Source of the DNA: Callorhinchus milii
Taxonomy: Eukaryota
Direction: 5' to 3'
Length of the DNA: 64,000 bases
Assembly (NCBI RefSeq): GCF_018977255.1
Contig: NW_024704742.1
Location: 67,954,001 to 68,018,000, forward strand
Part shown: positions 1 to 13,400 of the stretch, one piece after another
Position numbering within the stretch: the stretch's first letter is position 1
Layout of the letters: every line of letters starts with the position of its first letter
Made by a program: the position numbers and the translations under genes
The notes under the pieces: generated by a model
Seen by the model: the letters and a program-made list of their open reading frames with translations, nothing else
The model's database searches: none
What the model was told of the DNA's origin: nothing

Positions 1-584
1 CAAATAATAATCTGATAATCCTTGCATTTGATACAGCGCCTTATCACATCATTGAGGTGTCTCAAAGCTCTTCACAGAATATACTGTAAAGTGAATTGAA
101 TGTATTTTGTGGGCGAAGCGGTGGAGTCTTGTAATGTGGAAGTTTGGATCCATAAATTCCCTACCTGCCTTATAATGAGGTTTACAGCTCGCAAGATCCT
201 AGAAGTTGTCTAGTTTTAGTCCTGGAATTGACTGGAATGCAGCAGCCAGCTACATGCATATGCAATGAATGGAGTCTACATGTCATTCACATTATAGACT
301 ACTTAAACTGTGGCGAGGAGTGTTCTAATGGGATTGCACAGGGTCGTAAATATTTATATTTTAGACAGTATAATTTATGTAGCCCTTTTCACATTGGGAG
401 GACATCTCAAAGCACTTGACACTGCTGGCTGGGTAGATAGAAGCTGAGGGGATGGGGAAGGGGAAGAAGACCGAAAGCGTAGTGAAAAAGCAGTCTTTTG
501 CATTACTTTTTTTTAACCACCCCCTACCACAAAAAAATTGGTTAGTCAATCCAAGGCTGTTGTAGGATGTGCACAATTGGCTTC

Positions 585-908
585 TAATAATAATAATAAT
601 AATCCTTGCATTTAATATAGCGCTTTTCACATCTTCCAGACGTCCCAAAGCGCTTCACAGAATATACTGTAAAGTGAATTGACTGTATATTTGTGGGCGA
701 ACGCGGCAGCCAATTGCACACAGCAATGTCCCACAAACAGTCATGGATTGAAAATGACCAATTTATTATTGTTTTTTTTTGAGGGATTATTATTAGGCTC
801 TGTGTGGAGTAAGGAAACTTGCCCAAGGTTTCGCCCTCTGCCTGGAATTAAACTCAGGTCTCTCACTTGCAAAGCGAGTGCTCTAACCACTGAGCTACAG
901 GACTCCAC
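585..908 (-). mobile_element. Full-length SINE, short subfamily
   Basis: Reverse complement of the 45705-46032 type. Confidence 0.9.
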
Positions 909-1044
909 AATTCTGTGTTTCGCCCACAAAATGCAGTCAAATCCACTTTACAATATTGTCTATATTCTGTGAAGTGACGTGGTAAGGCGCTATATCAAAT
1001 GCAAGTATTATTGTTGCTTAGGTAAAGGATTTAGAAACCCTGTT

Positions 1045-1875
1045 ACAACAACAACAACAAGATTCCATTTATAGAGCGCTTTTCACGTCGGGAGGACGTC
1101 CCAAGGTGCTGTACAGTTGGGTCAGGACCTGAGCATGGGGGGAAATTGGAAGGGAGGGAGCGAGGAGGGGGAAATGGTCAGGGTGAGGGGAGGGAAGGAG
1201 CGAGGAGGGGGAAGAGAGTCGAGAGGGGAGGTGAAGGCACGGTCGAAGAGAAAGGTCTTGAGACCGGCCTTGAAGGAGGAAAGGGAGGAGGCGGCGAAGG
1301 CACTGGGGGATGGAGTTCCAGAGCCAAGGGGCTGAGAGGCTGAAGGCCCGGCCACCGATGGTAGGGCGTTTGGGGCGGGGGATGTGGAGCAGACCGGAGC
1401 CAGAGGAACGGAGGGTACGGGCAGGTAGGTAGAGGGGATAGTAGGTCAGAGAGGTAGGAGGAAGCAAGGCCGTGAATGGCCTTGTAGGTGAGGATGAGGA
1501 TCTTGAATTCGATCCTCTGGGGATGGGGACCCAGTGGAGGCGAGCGAGGGTGGGAGTGATGTGGTCGCGGTGTCTGGTGCGGGACAGTACATGAGCTGCA
1601 GAGTTCTGAATGACCTGCAGTGTGGAGGGAGGTGGCGGGAAGGCCGGCGAGGAGAGAGTTCCCATAGTCCAGCCTTGAGGTGACAAAGGCGTGGACCAGA
1701 GTTTCAGCAGTGTGAGGGGTGAGTCTGCCGTAGTCTGGCGATGTTTCGGAGGTGATGGAAGGCGGTGCCAGTTGTGGCGAGGATATGAGGAAGAAAGGAC
1801 AGCTCAGGGTCGAACAGAACCCTGAGGTTCCTGACTGACTTTGAGAGGTGGAGAGTGCAGCCTTGGATGCTGATG
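1045..1875 (-). mobile_element. L2 LINE 3' fragment, fairly young
   Basis: AETLVHAFVTSRLDYGNSLLAGLP, GGRAFS..APWLWNS, (TTG)n tail. Confidence 0.92.
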
Positions 1876-2116
1876 CTGTTACTGCACATTTGCATCTGTT
1901 ACTGTTGAAGAAAAGTGCTGAACATACAAATGTGTTTAAATATCCCGTTAGATTATTATTAGAATGCTTTACGGCTGAGAGGAAAGCAAGACACAATAAA
2001 AAGTATGCTTTTATAAAGCAAAGGGATACATTGTAAGTTCACATGGAAATTGGTTTGGTTTGGAAAATGTTTCAAGTTTCAGTGAAAAAATGTTTTGTGT
2101 TTGTTTGATTCAACAG

Positions 2117-2282
2117 ACATCCAGGTGCTGATGGGAAGCCTAGTTTACCTAAGGCAGGGAATAGCAAACTCACCATATGTGCACCTGCTGGACTCTAACC
2201 AGTGGGCTGATATTTGTGATATCTTCACCAGGGATGCCTGCTCACTTCTTGGACTCTCAGTGGAATCGCCTCTTAGTGTCAG
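2117..2282 (+). CDS. RMND5A: RMND5A internal exon (GID/CTLH E3 ligase subunit); earlier exons lie upstream of the window
   Basis: caacag acceptor and AG|gtatga donor; encodes (D)[54 protein letters not shown](S), recognisable as vertebrate RMND5A. Confidence 0.96.
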
Positions 2283-2321
2283 GTATGAATATCTGTTTAT
2301 ATTCAGCATGTTGCTTCATTC

Positions 2322-2613
2322 CTCTGGGTCTGGCCTCCTCCTCCCCCCCCCCCCCCCCGAGTCCTCCACTCCACCCTCGGCGGCTGTGCCTTCAGCTACT
2401 ATGCCCCGAGGCTCTGGAACTCCCTTCCTCACTCCCTTCACCTCGCTCCCTCTCTTCCTATTTTCAGGTATCTGCTGAAGACCTTTCTTTTTGACCGCGC
2501 CTTTGGTCACCTTCCTCCCCCTCCCCCTGGCTCGCCCCTGGGATCTGTTACTGTGAAGTGCTCTGAGACCCCATCCGGCGTGGAGGGCGCTATATAAATC
2601 CAAGTTGTTGTTG
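2322..2613 (+). mobile_element. Short L2-type 3' end of a second family (similar copy at 46445-46733)
   Basis: Shared GCCTTCAGC.ACTATGC...CTCTGAGAC..C.TCCGGCGTGGAGGGC.CTATATAAATCCAAGTTGTTG. Confidence 0.8.
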
Positions 2614-2709
2614 CAATTAAAAGGAAGCTAGATATATGTGGGGGTGAAGGAAATAGAGGGATATGGGAGGGGAGTAAGCAGTAGGTGGAGACTGGCATGG
2701 ACTAGTTAT

Positions 2710-3031
2710 AATAATAATAATAATAATCCTTGCATTTGATATAGCACTTTTCACGTCGGGAGGACGTCCCAAAGTGCTTCACAGAACACACTGTAAAGTG
2801 AATTGACTGTATATTTGTGGGCGAACGCGGCAGCCAATTGCGCACAGCAATGTCCCACAAACAGTCATAGATTGAAAATGACCAATTTATCATTATTTTT
2901 GGTTTTGGAGGGATTATTATTAGGCTCTGTGTGGAGTAAGGAAACTTGCCCAAGGTTTCGCGCTGCCTGGAATTGAACTTGGGTCTCTCACTTGCAAAGC
3001 GAGTGCTCTAACCACTGAGCTACAGGACTCC
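2710..3031 (-). mobile_element. Full-length SINE, short subfamily, in an RMND5A intron
   Basis: Reverse complement of the 45705-46032 type. Confidence 0.9.
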
Positions 3032-3243
3032 ATGTTAACTTTATTGAAGCTGATTACAATTCAAGTGAAGGGTTTCACGATAGGATCTTTTGCCAGATTA
3101 TATTTCATGTTATTTTTCAAGACTCCCATTATATCCTCCTATCTGATTCGGTTTGGATGAAAATTGTTGTTTATAACATGGAAACTTCTGAGCAAATCCT
3201 AGTGTTTTGTTAAATTGCTATATCTATTCATCATTTCATTTAG

Positions 3244-3346
3244 TTTTTCAGCAGGATGTATTGCACTGCCAGCTCTCATTAACATCAAGGCAGTCATTGA
3301 GCAGCGACAGTGCACTGGAGTATGGAATCAGAAAGATGAGTTGCCA
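3244..3346 (+). CDS. RMND5A: RMND5A internal exon
   Basis: tttag acceptor and CCA|gtaagt donor; phase fits the previous exon; [34 protein letters not shown]. Confidence 0.96.
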
Positions 3347-4504
3347 GTAAGTACATACTGTATTCAAATTATATGCAAACTTATAGCCCACACCTGCCCC
3401 GCCCCACGAATAGCGGTCGAGCCTTCAGCCTTTCTGCCCCCACCCTCTGGAACTCCATCCCGTAATCCCTTAACCTCGCCCCCTCCTTTACCTCCTTTAA
3501 GGCCCGTCTCAAGACCCTCCTCTTCCACCGTGCTCCAGTTACTCTCCTACCCTCACCCTCCCTGCCCTCCACCCCTCCTGATCCCAACCCACGGATCAAG
3601 TCTAAATTCTTGACCATATAGTACCTTGGGCTGTCCTTCCGATGTGAAAGGTGCTTTATAAATGTTGTTGTTGTAAACATTGAAGCTCGGCTGAATATTT
3701 GATGTAAATTCAAATTGCAGAAATGGCAGCCAGGACCAAGCTCAATGGTGATTCTTGTTCATGTCAGTGATAGTCATACATGACCGACCTACTAGCTATG
3801 CCATTCAAAAAGATTATCTCCAATTGGCAAGAGACAACAAGGTTGTTCCTCACACAATGTGTTAGAGGGCTTGGATCACATTAATTCCTGACATCCTAAC
3901 ACTGCCAGTGAACTCAGTCCTAGTAGAATAAGGATATCAAGGGGTATGGTGAAAAGGCAGGATTTGGTACTGAAAGGTCAGATATAATCTAAAAATCAGG
4001 CAGAGCAATTTTAATGGGCTGAATGGCCTTCTTCTGTTCACTGTATTCCTACACTCAATGTGTTTGGGTTGTCTCAGGCCAGTTCTTGAGGAGGAGGGGT
4101 CAATCGTGCAAAACTGCCTCTATTCTGCATCATTTTGGCACACCGTTGATGATCCTTCTCAGAGATGATTAGCATGGCTGATGAGCTGGATAGAATCAGA
4201 CCACGCAGTAAGAGTTTGAGGTAATGATGTACCGCTTAGGGTACGTTGTACATAGGGTACTTTGAAGTGCTTAATAGTGTTATGTGATATCTGAATTTGG
4301 AACATTCCCCGATTTCCTTGATGCATGTATAAATTCACTAGAAATATATTCAGTTTATCCTAGTTCATTAAGACAAAAATTAAGTTCTGTTTGTTTTCAA
4401 AAAACACGGTTCATCTCCACTATCAAACTGTTTACACCTGCATACTAACCATCATTGACTTTTGATGTGATGTGACCTATTTTTTGTGTGTGATTTTGTT
4501 TTAG

Positions 4505-4659
4505 ATTGAAGTAGACCTTGGTAAAAAATGTTGGTACCACTCAATATTTGCCTGCCCAATCCTCCGGCAACAGACAACAGAATCAAATCCACCTATGAAG
4601 CTAGTCTGTGGGCACATAATCTCACGAGATGCTCTGAACAAAATGATTAATGGAAGCAA
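4505..4659 (+). CDS. RMND5A: RMND5A penultimate exon (degenerate RING, first part)
   Basis: ttttag acceptor and AA|gtaagt donor; [51 protein letters not shown](K). Confidence 0.96.
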
Positions 4660-5309
4660 GTAAGTCCCATCATAAAATTCTGCAAACCGGCCATGACATT
4701 TTGTTACTAGGTCAGATCCTCTTTATGAGCATTTGATTATTACATTCCAAACATCTATCAAGTCATATAAGGACTTCTGTAAAGTATTATTTATATGCAT
4801 GCTAGTGAAGCCTGGTGTTTTATTGTGAACCTCTACCTCTGAATGACCAGACAAGCTAGGACTCTTCAGTGGAAAATAAATGTCTTAAAAGAGAACCTTG
4901 TAGAAATGTTTCAAATATTAAATTAGTTAGAGAAAATGAACCCAGATAATGTTAGGATATCTATGACAGAAGTACAAGTGGCCCCAGGTTCAGAATTATG
5001 AAGGACGATGCCAAGACAGAATTTTGTACGTATTTCTGTACTGTATGCAGAGGATAATTCATTTTCTGGAAAGTGTGATTGGAGAATGTGGTTGACACTG
5101 AGACACTGGGCTCTTGTTTTTCAAATAAAAAAGCAACGTGATGCAGTACGGGAAGAGTGTAGGTATTCTGGAGGGCTGAGATTTCTTGTGATTTTGTTCA
5201 TACAAATTTACATTAGTAATGCAAATTGTCTGCCAATGTCACTTGAATGATAGCACTCCACTCGAGGTATGTCAGACCTGGATCCATTGAAATGCTGGAT
5301 CCATTAAAA

Positions 5310-5469
5310 TTTTCAAGCCCGGTGGATAGATATTTGTTAGGTGATGGTATCACGGGATACGGGGCAAGGGCGGGTAATTGGAGTTGAGGTACAGATCAGG
5401 CGTGATCTTGTAGAACACGGAACAAGCTAATGGACTGAATGGTCTACTCCTGTTCCTATGTTCCTATGA
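5310..5469 (+). mobile_element. CR1-type 3' end; similar short ends at about 3920-4050, 4835-5170, 46745-46930, 53995-54203, 56180-56465 and 59093-59230(-)
   Basis: GAATGG.CTACTCCTGTTCCTATGTTCCTATG tail. Confidence 0.75.
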
Positions 5470-6991
5470 CTCAGGCTGTTTCAAAAAATGTCCTTAAATA
5501 CCTTTGCCACAGCGTCTGAAACTGTCCGATGATTCCTCCTTTGGTTCCGTTAATACTAATTATTTTCTTAGGACAGTCTAAGAGGGTTCCTATGAGGAAT
5601 TATTCACCATAACAATACAGAAATTTCTATTCCTTTTGTATTGGAAAAAGTTAGGACTTCTTCCACTAGTGTACTCGCTTCATTCAGAAGTAAAAGTTTT
5701 ATGTTTTCAATACAGATAATCATTCAGGTGGTTCACTGGGCAAAATGCTAATACTGGGAGGGTGTATTCACATAGGCATTGTAGAAACCCACAGGAAATG
5801 CTTTCATCCTTTGAACGTTCAACCTTATACACAGGAAATGCTTTCCTGTGTATAAGGTTGAACGTTCAAAGGATGAGAGGTGTTTTTTTTTGTCTACCTC
5901 TCTATTCATCTTAGAGGAGAGAGGAAAGTTCTAAACGTGTATTCTACCTGAATCTTGTTGAAGAGTCCCGAGAAGGAAAGGTAGGATGGTCAGGATATCA
6001 TTTTGTTATTTTTATTTCTTGGGAGAACATTTTATGACTCATTCCCACTGTTCTCCCTGGGATCAACTGCAAAATTCAGATGAAGTACACTGATTATGAG
6101 AACTTTATACTCTACAGCTCTAAGTTAATTTACTTGCATGTGGTGGTTGAACAAAGAAAGAAACCTCTCATTCTTTGAATGTTCAAAGTTTACATGCTAA
6201 CCCTTTTCTCTCCACCTACCTTTGTAGTTTGACCTAATGCAGGCACGACCTTGCTTTTTATGTATTAGGCCATTCATTGTGTCAATTGCTGCTCTTTCAT
6301 TTTACAAACTAATCTAGGTCTATACCTGCAGCAGTTGCAGAGAAGCCATGTTCCTCTTTGGAAAGGGTGCCTTCCCCTCCATTCGATGATGGCCTGTTCA
6401 GTTGTAGGGAGCTACTGAACTACAGTTAGCACATTCTAAATCAAAGAATACAACCTTCATAATTTCTCAATTTAAAGTTCATATTTGGTATAATGTTACT
6501 CATTTCTTGTTATAAATATTATCGTTATAAAGTGCTGTTGCTGTGAAATTTGCCGCATTACCTAATAGTCAACATTGGGGTAAAAACATAATTTATGTAC
6601 CCAAAACGTATTCCATGAAAATACATTCAGTAAAGTGTTCATTATTAATAATAATAATACTAATGATAAATTATTAATTTAATTAATTTATTAATTTAAT
6701 TATTTTATTATTAATGACAAATAAAAAAATGCAAGGATTATTATTATTAAATAATAATTCATCACTGTTTGTGGGACACTGCTGTGGACAATTGGCTGCC
6801 ACGTTTCACCCACAAAATATCGTCAATTCACTTCACAACATATCCTGTGAAGCGCTTTGAGATGTCTCAACAACGTGATAAGACGCTATATCAAATACAA
6901 GGATTATTATTATTATAATTGTACTGTGTGTTTCTGACAGATTGCTTTGTTTTTTTTTCTAATAAGAATCTGACGTGTGCTCAATTCCTAG

Positions 6992-7055
6992 ATTAAAATG
7001 CCCGTATTGTCCGATGGAGCAGGCGCCAGGTGATGCAAAGCAGATCTTCTTCTGA
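6992..7055 (+). CDS. RMND5A: RMND5A last coding exon
   Basis: ttcctag acceptor; LKCPYCPMEQAPGDAKQIFF then TGA at 7053-7055; the PGDAKQIFF ending is RMND5A-type rather than RMND5B-type. Confidence 0.96.
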
Positions 7056-8070
7056 GGAGCATTAGAGAATTGTGTATATTGTAACACTGGTTTGGGAAGT
7101 GCTGAACATTTTGTTGTCCTGTTGGACTAATGCTTATTAAGTTTCAGAGTGGTGTGTACACGCCAATGTATATTTGAGACGGACAGAGGAGGAAAACTAC
7201 TGGATATATATTAGTTATAATAGGGCTTTTGAATAGTCTTGGACTTGGTATTTGATCAAGTGAATACACCAGCACTCACCATTTCATGCAGTTATTTTAT
7301 ATTGAAACAATACACAGTGCATTTTTTAACTTAATGGATATGTAATCACCCATGAAAAATGCATTTAATGATTCCTCCTATTATCATTGTCATTACATGG
7401 GTTATATTTGAGTTTTGCTTTTTTAAAATAAAAGTTATCAGTGTGATTTTCATCTTGGAAAAACTGAATGTATGAGTAGATGATAACTATTGGTGGATGT
7501 TTGCATACCTTTTTATGTTCATTTGATTGAGGTAGCTTTGATATACTTTCATGTAATTTTTTTCCTGATAAATTTAACACAAAACTCAAACGTTGAGTGG
7601 GCATATATTGGGCCCCGAGGGGCTAATTATTTAAATTTACTGTAAATTTAAATAAGCTTTTTGCTTAGCTAATAGAGCACAAAGTATTGGCATGGGGGGA
7701 AAAAGATGCATGAAGGATAAGCTTGTATGAGTTTTTTGCTTCAAATAGATAACTTAGTTAGCTGTATGATGCCATGTCCAATACATAACTACAACATTGA
7801 AATATAAACTGAAAAAAAACGATTAAACACATTCTATACAAAATCTATTTTGTGTATTCTGTATTCTGCACCACCATCTTATATTGAAGGACAGACCAAG
7901 TTTGTGTATCAATGCAATTCCACTTGGATTTTCTTGATGTTTTTAAATCTTGTTTTCTTGAATATATTTTATGAAGGAAGTATTGTTGGTGTGCATATTG
8001 GGAAGAAAATCTTAAATGCTGTACTGGTATGTGGATGGCTTACATTAAATTAAGAATATATACATTTGAT
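7056..8070 (+). other. RMND5A: RMND5A 3' UTR with candidate poly(A) signal ATTAAA at 8044-8049
   Basis: About 1 kb of repeat-free AT-rich sequence after the stop; ATTAAA is followed by a GT/T-rich tract, then repeats resume. The end point is inferred. Confidence 0.6.
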
Positions 8071-8114
8071 TTTACGCGCCCAGTGTAGTTTTTCTTCCTT
8101 TTGATTGATTTATT

Positions 8115-8705
8115 TCAACAACAAGCAATTACATCTGTTTTGCGCCTTTCACATCAGGAGGACTTCCCAAGGTGCTGGAGAGTCAGAGATTTGTACCCGA
8201 GCAGGAGGTGGGATCAGGAGGGGTGGAGCGCAGGGAGGGTAGGAGGGTGACTTAAGGCCTGGCCAAAGAGTAGGGGAGGGAGTAAAGCGACGGGAAGGAA
8301 GGACAGCTGGGGGTCGAACCGGACGCCCAGATGGTGCACTGTTTCGGTGAGTCTGAGGGAGAGCCCAGGGAGGTTGAAGAGTTCAGATCCGCAGGATTGA
8401 AGACGTTGACGGGAGCCAAGGAGTATGGCTTCCGTATTGTCCATATTCAGCTGCAGGAAGTTTGCACTCATCCAGGCCTTGATGTCTGCCAGACAAGCTG
8501 ATAGAACATTGGCGGACCTGGAGTTGGTACTGGAGGAGGCAACGTATATTTGTGTGACATCCGCATACATGTGGAAGTTTACCCTGTGTCTGCAGATGAC
8601 ATCACCAAGAGGGAGCATATAGATAAGGGAAAGAAGAGGCTCAAGGATGGAGCCCTGGGTTACCCCGCAGGTGGCCGGGCAGGGCCGGGAGGAGAAACCA
8701 TTGTA
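8115..8705 (-). mobile_element. L2 LINE RT fragment with deletion
   Basis: CGVTQGSILEPLL, FHMYADVTQIY, CLADIKAWMSANFLQLN. Confidence 0.9.
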
Positions 8706-11700
8706 ACTTTCATGTTCCAAGCTCACAGGTTCTGTGCATTTTGATGATTTTGATTGCAGGTTTAGTTCTCTGGATATAAAATTATATTCCAGCTGTAGAT
8801 CATACATTTTGTGAATGTAACCAAGGAGTGCAAATACAGTTGTGACACAATTTAACATTTTTCTTTCAATTTAAACAAGATGAATAGATTTCTAGGTGTT
8901 CTACATTGGGCATTGGTTGCTAGAGCAAGGAGGTGAATTTGAACTTTAGAAGACACTGGTTGGGCTACAGTTGGAGTGTTGCAAACCACCTGTGGAATTT
9001 TGTCCCAATACCTGTTTTAAATCAGAGGCTATTTCAAGAACAAATAACATTTTAAAAGGCAATCTTAAATCAATTAATTGACTGCCAAATTTGACCCACA
9101 AAATATATATATAGTCAATTCACTTTACAGCATATTGTGTGAATATGTTGTCTCAAAGTCATGATAAGGCGCTGTATCAAATGAAAGGATTCTTATTATT
9201 AATCGATAGTTTATGCACACGTGAACAAAATATTTTTAGGAAGCGAGAAATTTTCAAACATGGACCTGATACCAATGCAGCCACAAAAGGATGTAGTAAT
9301 ACAATGTCTCCAGAAGGGAGCAGACATTACCAATGTAATTCTCTGAATCAGGTCCATCCAGTGAGCAACCCAGCAATTACCAATGAAATTTCTACCCCAC
9401 ACTTTTCCCACAGCACCAAATAAAACAAAAATATGGCAGTGTTTTAAAAAAACCGTTTTGACATCAAAAAACAGTTGCATTTTACTCCCATCCACTCAAC
9501 CTGAGAACAATAATAAAAAATAATAATACTTGCATTTGATATAGCATCTTATCACGTCATTGAGATGTCTCAAAGTCTTCACACAATATATTGTAAAGTG
9601 AATCGACTGCACATTTTGTGGGTGAAACATGCACAGCAGTGTCCGACAAACAGTCGTGGAAAAAGTATTTTTTTCTCCTTCCCAGATGAGCACAAATTTC
9701 ACCTAAGTTAAAGATGGGGTCTAATTTGTGTGATTAATGAACAGTAATATTGTATTCTAATATGTCTCAGTCCCACCCTCCATAACTGCTTGGATGCCAA
9801 TCTCTGTCTTGACTTATCTGAACCTGGATTTCGACAAAAGTTTTTTTATTATTATTTATATGTTCAGCTGGTATCTGATATGCAGAAACCCATCAAAATG
9901 TGACCTTCAACATTTTGGGTACTGAATTTTAGGAAGGTATTACTATTCTCTGTCTATCTGCCAGGCTTTTGCCTTCCAAATACATAGATGATATATCAAT
10001 AAATACATTTCCCAGCAGGTGAAACATTGGACAAGTTTCCTTACTCCATACGCCTGATAATAATCCCTCAAAAAACAACATTAAAATTGGTCACTTCAAA
10101 CCACGACTGTTTGTGGGACACTGCTGTGTGCAATTGGCTGCTGCATTTCATCCACAAATATACAGTCAATACACTTTACAGTATATTCTGTGAAGCGCTT
10201 TGAGACATCTAGAAGACGTGAAAAGCACTATATCAAATGCAAGATATTTATTATCTTCAACATCCACCTAACCTGGAAGACTGGACTTATGTTTCATCTG
10301 AAGGACGGCACCTCAAACAATGCAGTGGACCCCCAGCAGTGGAGTGACCGACGTGTGGCTTGAACCTTCTAACATGGTGCGGGCAATGGAGAGGTAAACT
10401 AGGTTGAGCTCATTCGGAGGAGAAACACCCAAAATGGACCTTTAGGCTTTAAGACCATGCTGAATTGTGGAAAATTCTTAAATTCAGACTTAAATTGGAA
10501 GCTTTTTTTGTTGCGGTTTAAAAGAATTTAAAATAATTTTCCATCATGCTGTTCGATCTTAAATTTTTAAGACAAGGTACAGTCTAGGACATGGTAGAAT
10601 TTTGGGGCTCCAGTGAAGCCACACAGGACAAGAATGTTAGATAGCTGGCCAACTTACGTATTCATCAATGAGGCTTGGAACGGTAGTGCCTTCAGCCTCC
10701 CCAAGACAAAAGCCCCATTGGGAAGGGAAGCCCTTGCTGGACAAGTACTGTGTTGAATAGTACAAGTTATTTGCTAAACCACAGAAGTCATACTTATTTT
10801 GGAGTAAACCTGCAATTTATTTAGGATGGTCATTGTGAAAAAGCGATGCAGATCCATATGTATAAAGGGGCTTCAATCTGTCATACTCCCTTTGACCCTT
10901 GTGGTACAGTATTTCCTTGTTCTTGACAGTTCTGTATTTGTTGAATCCATGGTGCAAGGAGCCCACTTTACATTGCACTGCATGTTCAGGAGCAAAGAGA
11001 TCAACAACTTGGCTTTTGCTGTTTGCATTTTTGATGGTAAAGAGCAAGTTACCATAGCTGTGCTCTCATCTAAACCACACAAACATTGTCTGTGTCTGCG
11101 TGTCTGTCTTATCAATGTTATCCTCTGCTTCTAACCACACTGACAATGAAACCTGTACCCACGAATCATGCTGTAGTAAAATTCTCCAACTTTACTTATA
11201 GAGCAGCACGTGTTAGCACTATATTGTAGTAACACAGAATATGTGCTTTTCTATCTTCTGTGCCTAATGCTCAACCATAAATCCTATTGTTTGATAGATG
11301 TTAAAGATCCTGCAACACAAATCGAAAAGAGAAGGGAGTTTCTTCCAGCAACCTGGTCAACAATCCTCCAGATAAAATTAGTCATTCCCTTCATTCCAGT
11401 GTGAGGGACATGGCTGTGTGCAAATTGGTTGCCGCGTTTGCCTACAGATGAGCAGTTTTTACACTTTAAAATAAAATCTTGTGAAGCACTTTGAGACATT
11501 GACAACGTTATAAGGCTCTATATGAAATGTAAGCATTATAAGATTGTTTAGAGATATTCCAATGATTCTCAGCTGAGAAGCTAATAAGTATTGTTTCTTG
11601 GATAATTTATTTTGTTCCTGTGAAGTTTTCCTTTCTAAAATCATACACTTCAGTAATAACCTAGAGCCAAGACACCATTGAGTAGCAGAAGGGAGTTAAA

Positions 11701-12244
11701 TGAACACCCACAGGAGGAACAGCAGACAATGTTTGTTAACGCCAGTTGCCTCAGATCCTGGATTTGCTCAAGAGCTAATCAATTATGGAGTCCTGTAGGA
11801 TAGTGGTTAGAGCAATCGCCTCACAAGCAGGAGGACCGGGGTTTAAGTAGCGGGCAAGGTGAAACCTTAGATAAGTTTTCTTAATCCAGCCGCCTCTGCT
11901 TACCTAGCAGTAAGTAGGAACCCAGTTGTTAATCAATTAGTCAGATAACACTAAGCAGAATCCCTCAAAAAAATGTGGTCACTCAATTCATGACTGTGTG
12001 TGGGATACTGTTGTGTGTAATTGGCTGTCGCATTTCTCCCACAAAATATATAGCCAATTCATTTTACAGTATATCCTGTGAAGCGCTTTGAGACATCTCA
12101 ATGACGTTATATCAAATGCAATTATTATTATTATTTCTCGATTCCTATGATGCAGACAGGAGCATGGCATAGGGAGATAGCAAGCAGACGCACTATGGTA
12201 TTCTGGAGCAAGGGATTGGTTCATAGATCTAAGAGTACTCAAGT

Positions 12245-13400
12245 GAAAATTAGGGTCGCGGAGCCTGGTGCGGGAGAGGACACAGGCTGCAGAGTTCTGG
12301 ATGATCTGCAGCTTGTGGAGGAAGGCGTTGGGGTGGCCGACAAGCAGGGAGTTTGCATAGTCAAGCCTGGATGTTATGAATGAGTGTGTGAGAGTCTTGG
12401 TAGAATGCGGTGAGAGTCACTTTAAAGTTCACATTTGGTATAATGTTATACCCATTTCTTGTTATAAATATTATTTATATTTTTATTTTTTATATTTATT
12501 ATTATTAATTTATTGTTATAAATTGCTGTTGCTGTGAAGTTGACCCATGTCTGTGGATGATGTCACCAAGAGGGAGCATATAGATATTGAGGAGGAGACC
12601 AAGGACAGAGCCCTGAGGAATGGTGCATGAGACAATACAGGGACTAGCAGATAAGCCATTTGTGGAGATGAAATTGAGACTGTGTGAGAGGTACGCTTTG
12701 AAGGAGCAAAGCTAAGAAGCCACGACTTGTTCCAGGACCTTGGAAAGGAAAGAGGGGTTGGAGATGAAGCAGTAGTTTGTGAGCAGAGATGGGTCCAGGG
12801 AGGGTTTTTTGAGGATAGAGTGATGATGGGCATTTTTAAAGGGGTGGGAACATTACCAGAGGATAGGGAGAGGTTTATATCTATGAATGGGGGGTGGGGG
12901 GGGGCAAGGAGGTGGAGCTGGAAGGTAAGGAGAGGGGTAGGAATGTACGAAGGAAGAAGTCGGCTTCTTGCGGGTTATGGTGGTGTTAGGAGAGGAGGGG
13001 GAGGGTTCAAAGGAGTGAAGGGATGGGTAGGGGGTATGGTCGAAAGGGCAGAGGCAGCTGAGCGGATCCCCTCGATTTTGGTTTTAAGGAAGACCAGTAT
13101 CTCCTTGCAGTTGGCATTGGAGGAGAGGATGGGCGAGGTGTGAGACGGTGGGCAGAGGAGCCCGTTAGTGATGGAGAAAAGGAAGCTGGGATTGTCCTTG
13201 GCCTCCAAGATTGTCTTGCAGGAGAACAATAATTTAGCAGAGGCGAGGGCAGAGTAGTAAGATTTGATAAGGTTCAGCCAGATCTGCTAATGGACCATTA
13301 AGTTGGATTTTAACCAGGTGCATTTACAAGTTGCATTGTTGCCTTTTTTTGCTGATCTGAATATGTGCTGGGAAAGAGGGACAAGAAACAACACAAAGGG
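12245..13400 (-). mobile_element. L2 LINE fragments, degenerate
   Basis: Homologous to 44090-45703 (ILEAKDNP.LLFS.TN, PISNPSFLSK-like segment, PQGSVLG). Confidence 0.8.

Noticed and set aside
228..3031. Many short ORFs with [11 protein letters not shown] or [10 protein letters not shown] endings
   Set aside because: These recur throughout the window as translations of SINE tails.
10840..10945. Rho-GTPase pseudogene, from GQREYDRLKPL resembling GQEDYDRLRPL
   Set aside because: No P-loop, no WDTAG and no downstream G4/G5 motifs in flanking sequence; probably chance.
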